Translations under genes and position numbers: made by a program
Shown: in pieces, positions 51,172 to 60,908 of the stretch
Position numbering within the stretch: the stretch's first letter is position 1
How the letters are laid out: every line of letters starts with the position of its first letter
The notes under the pieces: generated by a model
What the model saw: only the letters and a program-made list of their open reading frames with translations
Databases searched by the model: none
What the model was told of the DNA's origin: nothing
Assembly (NCBI GenBank): GCA_965249555.1
Contig: OZ252243.1
Location: forward strand, 1,056,001-1,120,000
Origin: Nitrosopumilus sp.
Lineage (GTDB): Archaea > Thermoproteota > Nitrososphaeria > Nitrososphaerales > Nitrosopumilaceae
Direction: 5' to 3'
DNA length: 64,000 nucleotides

Positions 51172-51179
51172 TTTAAATA
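51172..51179 (+). promoter_or_regulatory. Candidate internal TATA box for atpK
   Basis: TTTAAATA about 25 nt upstream of the atpK ATG. Confidence 0.5.
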
Positions 51180-51203
51180 TGGAATTATGAGGAATTCAGG
51201 CAG

Positions 51204-51515
51204 ATGAAACCTATTGTTTTATTGTTATCAGTAGCAGCCATTGCATTAGTGGCTGCAGGTCTTACAGATGTAGCATATGCTCAAGAAGAATCTACTGGTG
51301 GCATGAGTGATGGCTCCAAACTAATTGGTGCTGGTATAGCATTTGGTGTTGCAGCAGGCGGTGCCGGTGTTGGTTTAGGTCAAGTAGGTGCAGCAGGTCT
51401 TGCAGTAATTAGTGAGAATCCTGCATTACAGTCCAAAGTGTTCATCTTTGTAGGTATGGTAGAATCAATTGCTATCTATGGTATAGTTATGATGTTTATC
51501 ATCTTAGGACAATAA
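51204..51515 (+). CDS. atpK: A/V-type ATP synthase subunit K (c, proteolipid) with signal-peptide-like extension
   Basis: GxGxG repeats, ISENP loop and ion-binding Glu in GMVESIAIYG; N-terminal AYA-Q cleavage-like site. Confidence 0.95.
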   Translation: MKPIVLLLSVAAIALVAAGLTDVAYAQEESTGGMSDGSKLIGAGIAFGVAAGGAGVGLGQVGAAGLAVISENPALQSKVFIFVGMVESIAIYGIVMMFIILGQ

Positions 51516-51548
51516 ACCACAACAATATCTTTTTCAAATTTTTAAAAT

Positions 51549-52010
51549 TTAATTATATTTTAACTGGTTTACATCTAGCACTCTTGCGCAATATCTACAC
51601 TTGAGTACTTGTCCATCTTTGTCAATAACATCCATTACTGATTCAATGTGTTCTGTACTGTTTGTGATACATTCTGGATTTGAGCACCGAAAGATTCTAT
51701 CAATCTCATTTGGAAGGGCAACTCTTCTCTTTTCAACTAGCTTGTAATTTCTGATGATGTTAATTGTCGCCTTTGGCACAATGACTGCAAGTTTGTTTGT
51801 ATCATCATCTTTTAGGAATTTGTTTTCTACTTTAATGATATCTTTTTTCTTGAATTTTCCACTTGGAACATTCAAAGCTATAGTAATTAGACTACCATCT
51901 TTACCATCAATTCTTAATGCGTTGAGGACCTGAAGACCCTTGCCTTCATCAATATGATCAATTACAGTCCCTTCCTTGATTCGTCGAACTAAAAGTTCAG
52001 ACTGTTCCAT
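51549..52010 (-). CDS. pyrI: Aspartate carbamoyltransferase regulatory chain
   Basis: GTVIDHI, KKDIIKVE, CSNPECIT and CRYC. Confidence 0.96.
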   Translation of the reverse strand: MEQSELLVRRIKEGTVIDHIDEGKGLQVLNALRIDGKDGSLITIALNVPSGKFKKKDIIKVENKFLKDDDTNKLAVIVPKATINIIRNYKLVEKRRVALPNEIDRIFRCSNPECITNSTEHIESVMDVIDKDGQVLKCRYCARVLDVNQLKYN

Positions 52011-52051
52011 CAGAATACTTTGTATAGTCTCCTGTATATATTATTGAAAGA

Positions 52052-52981
52052 ATGAATGAGTTTTTTCAAAAAGATATCATCTCAATTAAGGAGTTTGATA
52101 AAGAAAAACTAGAGAAAATCTTTGTCTCAACGGACAAGATGATGCAACTAAACCCAATAGAGCGAAGGGAGATTTGTAAAGGAAAAACTTTAGCTTACCT
52201 ATTTTATGAGCCAAGTACTAGAACTCGTCTTAGTTTTGATTCTGCTATGGCATCAGTTGGTGGTAGTTCGTTAGGAATCTCTGATATTTCTTCTTCTTCT
52301 ACACAAAAAGGTGAAAGTCTTGCTGATACTGTACGAATAATGTCAATTTACTCTGACATTCTAGTATTGAGACACACCTTGGATGGTTCAAGTAGATTTG
52401 CATCTGAAGTTTCAAACAAACCTGTAATCAATGCGGGTAGTGGTACAGAAGAGCATCCAACTCAAGCAATTCAAGATTTGTTTACAATTAAAAAAGAAAA
52501 GAAAAAGATTGATGGTCTAAAGATTGGAATTGTCGGTGATCTAAAGTATGGACGAACTGTTTATTCCTTGTTGTATGGACTTGGAAACTATGATGTTGAT
52601 GTTCGTTTAATTTCTCCAGAATCTCTTAGAATACGTTCTGATTCAGTTTATGAAATCAAAAAGAGATTATCTTATACAGAATCTACTGATATCGAAGAAC
52701 ATATTGATGAACTTGATGTTCTTTATGTAACAAGAATCCAAAAGGAGAGATTTCCTGATGAAGAAGAATATCTCAAAGTTAAAGGAAGCTATGTAGTGGG
52801 ATTGGATTTATTAAAACAAATGAAAGATGATTCAATAATTTTACATCCACTTCCACGATTAGATGAAATCTCAACTGATGTTGATAAAACAAAAAATGCC
52901 AAATATTTTGAGCAAGCTGAATATGGAAAGCATACACGTGCAGCTCTATTAGGTTTGATACTTAACGAGAATGGTTTTTAA
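52052..52981 (+). CDS. pyrB: Aspartate carbamoyltransferase catalytic chain
   Basis: EPSTRT, HPTQ, GDLKYGRT, RIQKER and HPLPR. Confidence 0.97.
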   Translation: MNEFFQKDIISIKEFDKEKLEKIFVSTDKMMQLNPIERREICKGKTLAYLFYEPSTRTRLSFDSAMASVGGSSLGISDISSSSTQKGESLADTVRIMSIYSDILVLRHTLDGSSRFASEVSNKPVINAGSGTEEHPTQAIQDLFTIKKEKKKIDGLKIGIVGDLKYGRTVYSLLYGLGNYDVDVRLISPESLRIRSDSVYEIKKRLSYTESTDIEEHIDELDVLYVTRIQKERFPDEEEYLKVKGSYVVGLDLLKQMKDDSIILHPLPRLDEISTDVDKTKNAKYFEQAEYGKHTRAALLGLILNENGF

Positions 52982-53034
52982 TTTATTTGAGAATTCATAT
53001 TCCATATATCTAGGGACATTTCAATAATGATTAG

Positions 53035-53745
53035 TTGACTCAAACAAAAGTAATTCCCATATTTCCTTTAGATTTAGTTTTATTTCCAAGACAGGAACTT
53101 CCACTTCGAATCTTTGAGCCTCGTTACAAGCAATTAGTTGATGATTGTATGCTAGGTAATGGTCAGTTCGGTGTATGTCTGATTGATGAAACAAATTCTG
53201 TAAATGGTTGGAATTCTCCTAAATTGGTTGGAACTATTGCCAAAATAACAAAGTGTGAAGACATTCAACTTGATGTATTACAATTACACATTGAGACTAT
53301 CGGAAGAAACTCATTTAAAATTAAAAAAATTATTTCACCATCAATTCCTCAACCTACAAACTATGATCCACTTTCAGTAGAAGGGCATCAAGAAATATCT
53401 GAAATGCATGAAAAAGTTGGAACCAACGAGAAAATGTACATACAGGCTGAAGTTGAAATGATTCCAGAAATTGATGAGAACATTTCACTTAGCCAATGGG
53501 AAAACCTAATTGAATTATGGAAAAAGAAAGTTATTACACAAGCATTGCCTCAAGTTGTTGAACCACATACATTAAAACACGTTTTAGAGCAATACTATCT
53601 TACTACTGACACACCTACAATAGATTACATTTATTCATTGTCTGCTCTTGGTGCAAATGATCCAAATGATCTTCAACCCATCTTGGAGGTTACAACAATG
53701 AATGATTTGATTCAAAAAGTTGAAGAATTACTTACAGTAAAATAA
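53035..53745 (+). CDS. LON peptidase substrate-binding (N-terminal) domain protein
   Basis: PIFPL..VLFP..LPLRIFEPRY and VGTIAKI. Confidence 0.88.
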   Translation: MTQTKVIPIFPLDLVLFPRQELPLRIFEPRYKQLVDDCMLGNGQFGVCLIDETNSVNGWNSPKLVGTIAKITKCEDIQLDVLQLHIETIGRNSFKIKKIISPSIPQPTNYDPLSVEGHQEISEMHEKVGTNEKMYIQAEVEMIPEIDENISLSQWENLIELWKKKVITQALPQVVEPHTLKHVLEQYYLTTDTPTIDYIYSLSALGANDPNDLQPILEVTTMNDLIQKVEELLTVK

Positions 53746-53755
53746 TCCTGATGAA

Positions 53756-55132
53756 ATGAAAATAATGTTGTTATTAACAAAATTTGGAATATTTGCAATG
53801 GTTTTGTGTTTGTTGTTTCCAGCAAGTAGTGTTTATGGACATGGATTGGGAATTGATACCATTTCTTCAATAGATGTACAAGGAAAAGAAATCTCAATTA
53901 CAGTTGAGATGCCGATGTATCTTGAAAATGAACAAGAGCAAATCACAATTACTGCAACTGAAAAGGAAACAAAAGAAAATGTAAAAAATATCACATTTCT
54001 AATTGGTTTGTTTCATAACAATGAAATGATTTTTAGAAATTATTTTTTTACGGATAACGGCGTATTACCAATTAAGATATCACCAAAACAAGGATTTGAT
54101 AGTTTTGTGATTCATGGAGAACAAGACTCTATACTTGGTGCTTGGCATGGAACCGAATCTAATCCTATTGAAATTACTGGTCCACTTTTTACTTCAAGTG
54201 GATTGTATACTTTTGAAATTGAGGTAAGAACTATAGATGAACCAACTAACATTATAGAAAATTCTGGAATTTATTATGCTGATTTGAGCGTAATTGAGAC
54301 TACCTCTTACATTCAAAAAGATGCAGAAAACCAAGATGTGGAATTTAGTTTAAAGTCATATTTTGATAAAATTTCTAATTTCGAGTATGATTCTGAGGCT
54401 AAACAGATAACATTTGAAATGCCATTTGATTGGAGTGAAAAACAAATGTCTCACGTATCTGTGGTTCATGTGGAAGCTCATTTTCCAAAAGATTTTACTG
54501 AATTTTTGACTCCAAGTTATTCAGGTAATGCAAATGGAATTGATCTGTTCAAGTCTTCAGTAACAATTGATGATTATACAGAAGAAGATGAAAGAATAGT
54601 TCATTTTGTTTTGTTGCAAGATCATCTGAGATTTTTGAAAAATGAAATGAAAGAATCAGGTGAACCATTACCTGAAAAAATTGTATTTGTATTATCTACT
54701 GAAGAAAAACTTGAGTTGCCTTTAGTTGCATATACAAAAAGTGAGGATTTTAAAGTAAATCTTTCATGGGATCCTGTAGAGATAGAACCTGGAACCAACA
54801 CAAACTTTGTTTTTACTATTAGAGATGGGCAAACTAGCGAACCATTAAGAAATTCTGATTATACCTTTGTAATTATTCAAAATGGAAAGGAGATTTATCG
54901 CACATCAGGAATGGCACAAATTGGTGGTGACTTTGAAAAATTCACATTTGCTGAAGATCAAACAGGTCCCATGATAATAAAATTTGAAAACATTCGAAAT
55001 ACTGGACAAGAAACTGAGTTTGGAATTGTTGTAGCACCAGAATTTGGAACTGTTGCACTAATTATTTTAATAATCTCAACAACAGCTGTAATTTTTGTTA
55101 CTAGAAGAAATTCATTTAGATTTAGTATCTAA
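53756..55132 (+). CDS. Secreted PEFG-CTERM surface protein; mature N-terminus HGLG
   Basis: Signal peptide VYG/HGLGID; C-terminal APEFG plus TM plus RR. Confidence 0.85.
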   Translation: MKIMLLLTKFGIFAMVLCLLFPASSVYGHGLGIDTISSIDVQGKEISITVEMPMYLENEQEQITITATEKETKENVKNITFLIGLFHNNEMIFRNYFFTDNGVLPIKISPKQGFDSFVIHGEQDSILGAWHGTESNPIEITGPLFTSSGLYTFEIEVRTIDEPTNIIENSGIYYADLSVIETTSYIQKDAENQDVEFSLKSYFDKISNFEYDSEAKQITFEMPFDWSEKQMSHVSVVHVEAHFPKDFTEFLTPSYSGNANGIDLFKSSVTIDDYTEEDERIVHFVLLQDHLRFLKNEMKESGEPLPEKIVFVLSTEEKLELPLVAYTKSEDFKVNLSWDPVEIEPGTNTNFVFTIRDGQTSEPLRNSDYTFVIIQNGKEIYRTSGMAQIGGDFEKFTFAEDQTGPMIIKFENIRNTGQETEFGIVVAPEFGTVALIILIISTTAVIFVTRRNSFRFSI

Positions 55133-55512
55133 AGTGCAACAAGCTTTACAGTATCCATGTTTCTATTTATCTGAAAATCTTTTGTCATTGTAGATACTTT
55201 TTCTGCATCACCATTCATAACAAAGAGCTCCATGCATTTTTCTTTCTCAATCTTACTATGAAGATGCGTTGTAATTAGATCCTCAAAGTTATGAGTAATT
55301 CCTGAAACGACATGATCAAACTCATCATTGTGTACAACCAAAAGAATGGCATGAATATCTCCAGATAAATCTGACTTTTGTTTCTCTTCAGAAACAAACG
55401 CTCTGATTCCTGCTCTGATAGCTTCAGACCTACCTGAAAATCCAATAGATGATTGTAATTTGTCTAATTCTGAGAGAATCTCATCATTTAATGAGATTGA
55501 AACTATTGGCAT
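55129..55512 (-). CDS. nikR: NikR-family metal-responsive regulator
   Basis: RHH domain (VSISL...RSEAIR) and metal-binding domain with H...HLH-x5-C. Confidence 0.85.
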   Translation of the reverse strand: MPIVSISLNDEILSELDKLQSSIGFSGRSEAIRAGIRAFVSEEKQKSDLSGDIHAILLVVHNDEFDHVVSGITHNFEDLITTHLHSKIEKEKCMELFVMNGDAEKVSTMTKDFQINRNMDTVKLVAL

Positions 55513-55554
55513 ATGCCTAATGTTATTAATTATCTTATAAGTTTAGCAATTAAA

Positions 55555-55587
55555 GTTATTAAGATTTTATAGATTTATTAATAATCT
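55555..55587. promoter_or_regulatory. Candidate operator (TTATTAA-N15-TTAATAA) over the transporter TATA box
   Basis: Inverted repeat at 55556-55562 and 55578-55584 in the nikR/transporter divergent spacer; the region is AT-rich, so this is weak. Confidence 0.35.
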
Positions 55588-55590
55588 ACA

Positions 55591-56508
55591 TTGAGCTGTT
55601 TTGTGAATATACAAATCAAGCTTGCAATAATTGCAATAGCAGTAATAATTCCATTAAGCTCCATTGCTGTTTATGGAACTAATTCAAATCAACAATTTAC
55701 AACAATTGATAATTCAAAACTACAAGTGATCTCATCATTTTATGCACTTCATGAATTTTCACAAAATGTTGGACAAGAAAAAGTAGATGTTACTTTGCTT
55801 GTTCCAGTTGGAGTTGAACCTCATGATTGGGGGCCAACTATTAAAGATGTACAAAGAATGCAAAAATCTGATTTAATAATTATCAATGGAATAGGTTTTG
55901 AAAATTGGGTTGATAATCTAGATGAAACTAATTACCAAGGAGTGATCGTTGATACCAGTAATGGAATTTTAGATAAGAATCTTGGTCAAGAACACATCAG
56001 TACTTTTGGAGATCCACATATATGGTTAAATCCTGTCTATGCAAAAATACAAGTACAAAATATTGCAAATGCTTTTTCTAATTCAGATCCTAAAAATCAA
56101 CAATATTATCAATCTAACGCAGCAAAATACATTGAAGAATTAGAATTACTTGATTCAAAAATTCGTAATGAATTATCTAATTGTAATCATGATTTTGTAG
56201 CTTTTCATGATGCATTTTCATATTTTGCAGATGAATACAATCTGAATCAACATACAATTATTTCATCAAATGATCCACATGGAGAAGCTACAGCAAAAAC
56301 ATTAGAAAATGTAATTTCCACAGCCAAAGAATTAAAGATTAAAGTAATTTTTAGTGAAGAGAATGTTAATACTAGAACATCCGAAGTAATTGCAAACGAA
56401 CTAGATGGCAAAGTTCTGATTTTATCTCCACTAGAAGTTTCATCTGATAGAACTTACATTTCTAAAATGACTGAAAATCTTAACAATCTAGAAGAGGCAT
56501 TATGTTGA
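55591..56508 (+). CDS. Zn/Mn-type metal ABC transporter substrate-binding protein (ZnuA/AdcA-like)
   Basis: EPHDW, NGIGFE, DPHIW and FHDAFSY. Confidence 0.93.
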   Translation: MSCFVNIQIKLAIIAIAVIIPLSSIAVYGTNSNQQFTTIDNSKLQVISSFYALHEFSQNVGQEKVDVTLLVPVGVEPHDWGPTIKDVQRMQKSDLIIINGIGFENWVDNLDETNYQGVIVDTSNGILDKNLGQEHISTFGDPHIWLNPVYAKIQVQNIANAFSNSDPKNQQYYQSNAAKYIEELELLDSKIRNELSNCNHDFVAFHDAFSYFADEYNLNQHTIISSNDPHGEATAKTLENVISTAKELKIKVIFSEENVNTRTSEVIANELDGKVLILSPLEVSSDRTYISKMTENLNNLEEALC

Positions 56509-57224
56509 AAGTAGTTGAAATTAGCAATCTCACGGTTCAATATCCTGATGTTAAAGCGCTTGATGATGTGAGTTTTGTGATCAATCAAGGAGATTTTCTA
56601 GGCATAATTGGGCCTAATGGTGCTGGTAAATCCACTCTTTTTGATTCAATGTTGGGACTTAATACAAAGTACAAAGGAACTATCAAATTTTTTGGTGAGG
56701 ATATTAAAAAATCAAAACATTATCTTAAAGAAATTGGATATGTGCCACAAAAACCAATCTTTGAAAAAAATTTCCCAGTTACAGTTAATGATGTTGTAAG
56801 AATGGGTTTGAGAAATGAATCTGATGAAAATAAAATTGATGAAATTTTACAACAATTATGGATACATGAACTAAGTAATAGAAGAATTGGTGAATTATCT
56901 GGAGGGCAGCAACAACGAGTCTTTATTGCAAAAGCTTTGGTAAATAATCCAAAAATTTTGATTCTAGATGAACCTGTAACAGGAATTGATCAACAAAGTA
57001 TTGAATTGTTCTATAGTATTCTCCGCGACTTAAATTCTAAACAAAAAATTACCATTGTTTGGTCTTCTCATGATTTGGACGCAGTTAATCAACTTGCAAA
57101 TCATGTAGCATGTCTAAATAGAACATTATTTTTCCATGGTGAATCTGAAAAATTCTTTTCTGATGACAAACTTATCAAGCAATATTCTGAGGCTTCGATG
57201 CAAGAACATATGCATCATCATTAG
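56502..57224 (+). CDS. Metal ABC transporter ATPase (ZnuC-like)
   Basis: GPNGAGKS, LSGGQQQR, LDEP and a C-terminal HMHHH. Confidence 0.93.
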   Translation: MLKVVEISNLTVQYPDVKALDDVSFVINQGDFLGIIGPNGAGKSTLFDSMLGLNTKYKGTIKFFGEDIKKSKHYLKEIGYVPQKPIFEKNFPVTVNDVVRMGLRNESDENKIDEILQQLWIHELSNRRIGELSGGQQQRVFIAKALVNNPKILILDEPVTGIDQQSIELFYSILRDLNSKQKITIVWSSHDLDAVNQLANHVACLNRTLFFHGESEKFFSDDKLIKQYSEASMQEHMHHH

Positions 57225-57226
57225 TC

Positions 57227-58045
57227 ATGTCTCTAGAAATTCTAACTTACAGTTTTATGCATAGAGCATTAATTTCTGGAATTGCAATAGCAATTCTTTG
57301 TTCAGTTGTTGGATTGTTTTTGGTTTTGAGACGTTATTCATTATTTGGTGATGCAATTGCGCATTCATCGTTTGGTGGAATTGCATTAGGTTTGTTAGCA
57401 GGTGTTTATCCATTATGGACTGCTTATGGTGTTTCAATAGTTAGTGCATTAATAATTACAAAAATCAAAGATAGATACAACATCTCTGGTGATGCATCAA
57501 TTGCAGTACTTTTATCATCAGGAATAGCAATTGGGCTCGTAATTATTGGATTTTCAGGAGGTTTTACGATTGATATCTTTAGTTTTCTCTTTGGAAGTAT
57601 TCTTCTTGTTAGCGTAGATGATACCATACTAATTTTATCCTTAACTGGAATAATTCTAATTGTAGTTTTGTTACTATATCGACAAATTCTTTATTCTACA
57701 TTTAATGAAGAACAGGCAAAAGTCAGTGGAATTCCTGTAGAAAAAATAAATTATTTGATTGTGTTTATGGCAGGAATAACTGTAGTTACATCAATTCAAC
57801 TTGTAGGTGTTTTGCTAATTTCAGCTTTGTTTGTGATTCCTAATGTAACTGCAATTATGTATGGCAAAGGTTTCAAACAAACAGCAATAATTTCAATGAG
57901 TTTTTCTGTCTTTTCCGTGGTAATAGGAATTCTAATCTCTTATGTTTTTGATATTACTCCTGCAGGAACTATTGTTTTGTTGTCAATTGGTCTGCTTGCG
58001 GGAACTATGGTAATGAAATCTGCTGGATTATTATCTAAGAATTAA
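57227..58045 (+). CDS. Metal ABC transporter permease (ZnuB-like)
   Basis: FLVLRR.SLFGDAIAH, FLFGSIL and VGVLLISA. Confidence 0.93.
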   Translation: MSLEILTYSFMHRALISGIAIAILCSVVGLFLVLRRYSLFGDAIAHSSFGGIALGLLAGVYPLWTAYGVSIVSALIITKIKDRYNISGDASIAVLLSSGIAIGLVIIGFSGGFTIDIFSFLFGSILLVSVDDTILILSLTGIILIVVLLLYRQILYSTFNEEQAKVSGIPVEKINYLIVFMAGITVVTSIQLVGVLLISALFVIPNVTAIMYGKGFKQTAIISMSFSVFSVVIGILISYVFDITPAGTIVLLSIGLLAGTMVMKSAGLLSKN

Positions 58046-60815
58046 TCAAAGAATTTAATCTTCTTTTATCTTGTATACTTTTCACATAAAACAATGATGT
58101 TGCAATTATTCCAAATGCTATTAGAGGTGATGCTAATTCTGTATATTTTATTTCATAATCATTTGTTGTTTGTATTTGTGATGCAATGATGGGAATCTCT
58201 GTCATCTTTACTGTTCCAATTTTATTTGATTGCCATTCAACAAACCATACATTGTCATTTCCATCTGATGTCATGAATTGAATAAATGATGAATTAGATG
58301 GGACTGGGATTTCTATCATATTATTGTTGTCTGGATCATATACTCCAAGATTATCTGTTGTGTGTTGTGCAAACCAAATGTTTCCATATTTATCAAATGT
58401 CATTCCAAATGGTAAAGATTCGTCATGTGGAACAGGAATTTTCTCAAATGTCTCTAAAACTGGATTGAATTTGGTGATAGCCGAGCCTGTATGCTCTGCA
58501 ATCCAGAGATTTCCATCACTATCAAAGAGTAATGCTTCTGGACCTTGTAGAATTGTTTCAGTTGAAATTTGAGTTAATTCATTATCATTTGGATTAATGA
58601 ATCCTATCTTGCCTGAATTAGTTGCAGTATACCAAATCCTTCCATCTGCATCAACTGCTAAAGCAAATGGTAATGATTCTGTTTCTAGTCTGATTTCTTC
58701 AAACACATCAAGTTCTGGTACATATTTTACAATTCTGTCTTTGTTAATTATTGTAATCCAAATATTTCCATCAAAGTCGGCTTGAATGCCAAGTGGAGAG
58801 TTTTGTGAAATTACTGGATCTAATTCAGGAATTGTTTTTAATGTAATTTCTTTACTTTCAAGATCAATGAAACCAATTTGGTTTCTTGGAGTATCAATAA
58901 ACCAAATCTTTCCTTTATTGTCTTGTGTTAGAAATGTTGTAGTAAGTCCATCAAATGAATACGAAGAAAATTCTTGTGTATCAAGTGCAAATTGCCATAA
59001 TCGTGGAGCCGATGCATCACTTATCCAGATAGAATTCTTTCCATCATACAATGGGAAAAGAGGTTTTGCATCTTCTGGCAATTCATACTCAATTACTTGG
59101 GTTTGAATGTCTGTTAGTCTAGGTTTTACAAGTAAATTCAGCAATTTTGGCTCATTTGCATTTTCAGTTCTTTGGGCTTCAATCTCTATTAGCCACTCTC
59201 CAGAAAATCCAAATGTTAATTCTCCTTGGAACTCAGTTGGTTTGTCTTCTTCTTGCTTGATCATTTCCATAGGAACTTCAATTGGTGAAATATTTTTTGA
59301 TGGATTTGATATCTTTACTTTAACCTGGTTTGAATCATAGAGAGGTTTTCCCTCAAAGTCACTTACTCTAACTAGAATTGTGTTTGTTCCACTAGAAAAT
59401 GGTAAAATATCAATATCAAATTTTGTATTTTCTGTAAATTCTAGAGTCTTAAAACCATAAACAATCTCTTGAGCATCAACTTTCTGAATTTCACCTGCTG
59501 GTAATGTCCCATTAGTTAGCAATGCAACTACTCCCAGAATAATAATCCCTAGTGCGGCATCAACTTTGAGTGATCTCTTTAGTTTTTTATGAACAGAAAT
59601 TTTTCCTGATGAAAAATCCTTTTCAGCATTTTTTTGAACTTTAAACTGGAAAAATCCCCCTAAACCAATCATAATTGCTGCAATTGAAATTTTTAAAATA
59701 ATTAATTGACCATAAATTGATTCAGTAATTAATCCTACATCGTTTTCTAAGAACCACATTAGTGTTGGTCCTGTAATTATTACAACTCCTACTGAAATGA
59801 TGAATGCTATTGAGAATCTTGGAATCAGGACTAGACTCATCTTTTCTCGATTTGTTTCTTTTAGCTGAGAAAATGTTGGAAGTAATGTGAAAACAAAATA
59901 GAAAATACCTCCTATCCAAACTGCTGCAACTAAATTATGTATGTAATCTAAAACAAGCGCTGGTGTTTCTCCACTAGCTGCACCGTGTCCAATTAAGCTT
60001 GAAGTTCCAATTAATGCAAGTGCAGCTATAAGCATTGGAATTTGATTTTTCTTTGATAGAACTTTTTTTCTATCTAATCCAAACCAGATTCCTAGTAGAA
60101 TTACTGTAATACTCATCCTAATTATCCACATTGTACCAAAATCAGTCTGAATTGCATCTATAGGAGAAACCTCTAATCTAATACTTTGTACTGCAATCAT
60201 CAAAATGTTAGAGACAAAAATTAAAACTAATCCAATCCCTGTAAGCGACATGAATTTTCCATGATGGAATGATTCTATCTGGTCTAATTCTTTTCTAATT
60301 AGCTGTTTGTTTTGTGTTCCCCAGATGATTAAAGATGCAATTATTGCTCCTAACACTATAGTTTGACCTACAAGCCCAGGAAATCTTGCACCAGCTTCAG
60401 GCAAAAATACAATCTCTGATGGTCTTTCTAATTCTAACATAGAAGGATCAATTACAACATCTCCTACTGCAAACAGGAATGCATCTGGAACAAGATGTCC
60501 ATCAACTTTAGAGAGAACTTTAGTTGATACAGTGTATACTCCATCTTCTAGTGGAGGAGTTGTAACAATAAGAGATAGATCTCCATCATAGTAACTAGTG
60601 TCTTTACTATCTATTTGATTTCCATTAGTATCGAATACTTTAATTTCACTAAAGTCTATATCAACTGGTTCTGAAAAAAATACAATTACTTCCGTAGTAC
60701 CAGTAAGTGTATTAGATGTTAAGCTGGGAATAGTTTCTTCTGTAAATGGATGTGCTGCTGCAAATGGAATAGACATTGATGATAAAATTAGTAAAACTAT
60801 CAGAAACTTTCTCAT
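58035..60815 (-). CDS. CopC-CopD fusion with Ig-like and Vgb/NHL-like beta-propeller domains
   Basis: AAA/HPF...SKVDGH (CopC), IHNLVAAVWIGG...YGQLIILK (CopD), repeated D-x-x-G-N-I-W propeller blades and a C-terminal TM. Confidence 0.9.
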   Translation of the reverse strand: MRKFLIVLLILSSMSIPFAAAHPFTEETIPSLTSNTLTGTTEVIVFFSEPVDIDFSEIKVFDTNGNQIDSKDTSYYDGDLSLIVTTPPLEDGVYTVSTKVLSKVDGHLVPDAFLFAVGDVVIDPSMLELERPSEIVFLPEAGARFPGLVGQTIVLGAIIASLIIWGTQNKQLIRKELDQIESFHHGKFMSLTGIGLVLIFVSNILMIAVQSIRLEVSPIDAIQTDFGTMWIIRMSITVILLGIWFGLDRKKVLSKKNQIPMLIAALALIGTSSLIGHGAASGETPALVLDYIHNLVAAVWIGGIFYFVFTLLPTFSQLKETNREKMSLVLIPRFSIAFIISVGVVIITGPTLMWFLENDVGLITESIYGQLIILKISIAAIMIGLGGFFQFKVQKNAEKDFSSGKISVHKKLKRSLKVDAALGIIILGVVALLTNGTLPAGEIQKVDAQEIVYGFKTLEFTENTKFDIDILPFSSGTNTILVRVSDFEGKPLYDSNQVKVKISNPSKNISPIEVPMEMIKQEEDKPTEFQGELTFGFSGEWLIEIEAQRTENANEPKLLNLLVKPRLTDIQTQVIEYELPEDAKPLFPLYDGKNSIWISDASAPRLWQFALDTQEFSSYSFDGLTTTFLTQDNKGKIWFIDTPRNQIGFIDLESKEITLKTIPELDPVISQNSPLGIQADFDGNIWITIINKDRIVKYVPELDVFEEIRLETESLPFALAVDADGRIWYTATNSGKIGFINPNDNELTQISTETILQGPEALLFDSDGNLWIAEHTGSAITKFNPVLETFEKIPVPHDESLPFGMTFDKYGNIWFAQHTTDNLGVYDPDNNNMIEIPVPSNSSFIQFMTSDGNDNVWFVEWQSNKIGTVKMTEIPIIASQIQTTNDYEIKYTELASPLIAFGIIATSLFYVKSIQDKRRLNSLINS

Positions 60816-60908
60816 TTGATCTTCAGATCATCATTCATAATTTAAACAGTTTTCATATGTTCGGAATTTGTATCAATTCACGTAAAGATAATAACATGTA
60901 ATCATTCT

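Noticed and set aside
51204-51515. Na+-coupled c subunit
   Set aside because: E-S and Y are present, but the position matching the helix-1 Gln of Na+ c-rings (GxGQG) is Leu (GVGLG), so H+ coupling is more likely.
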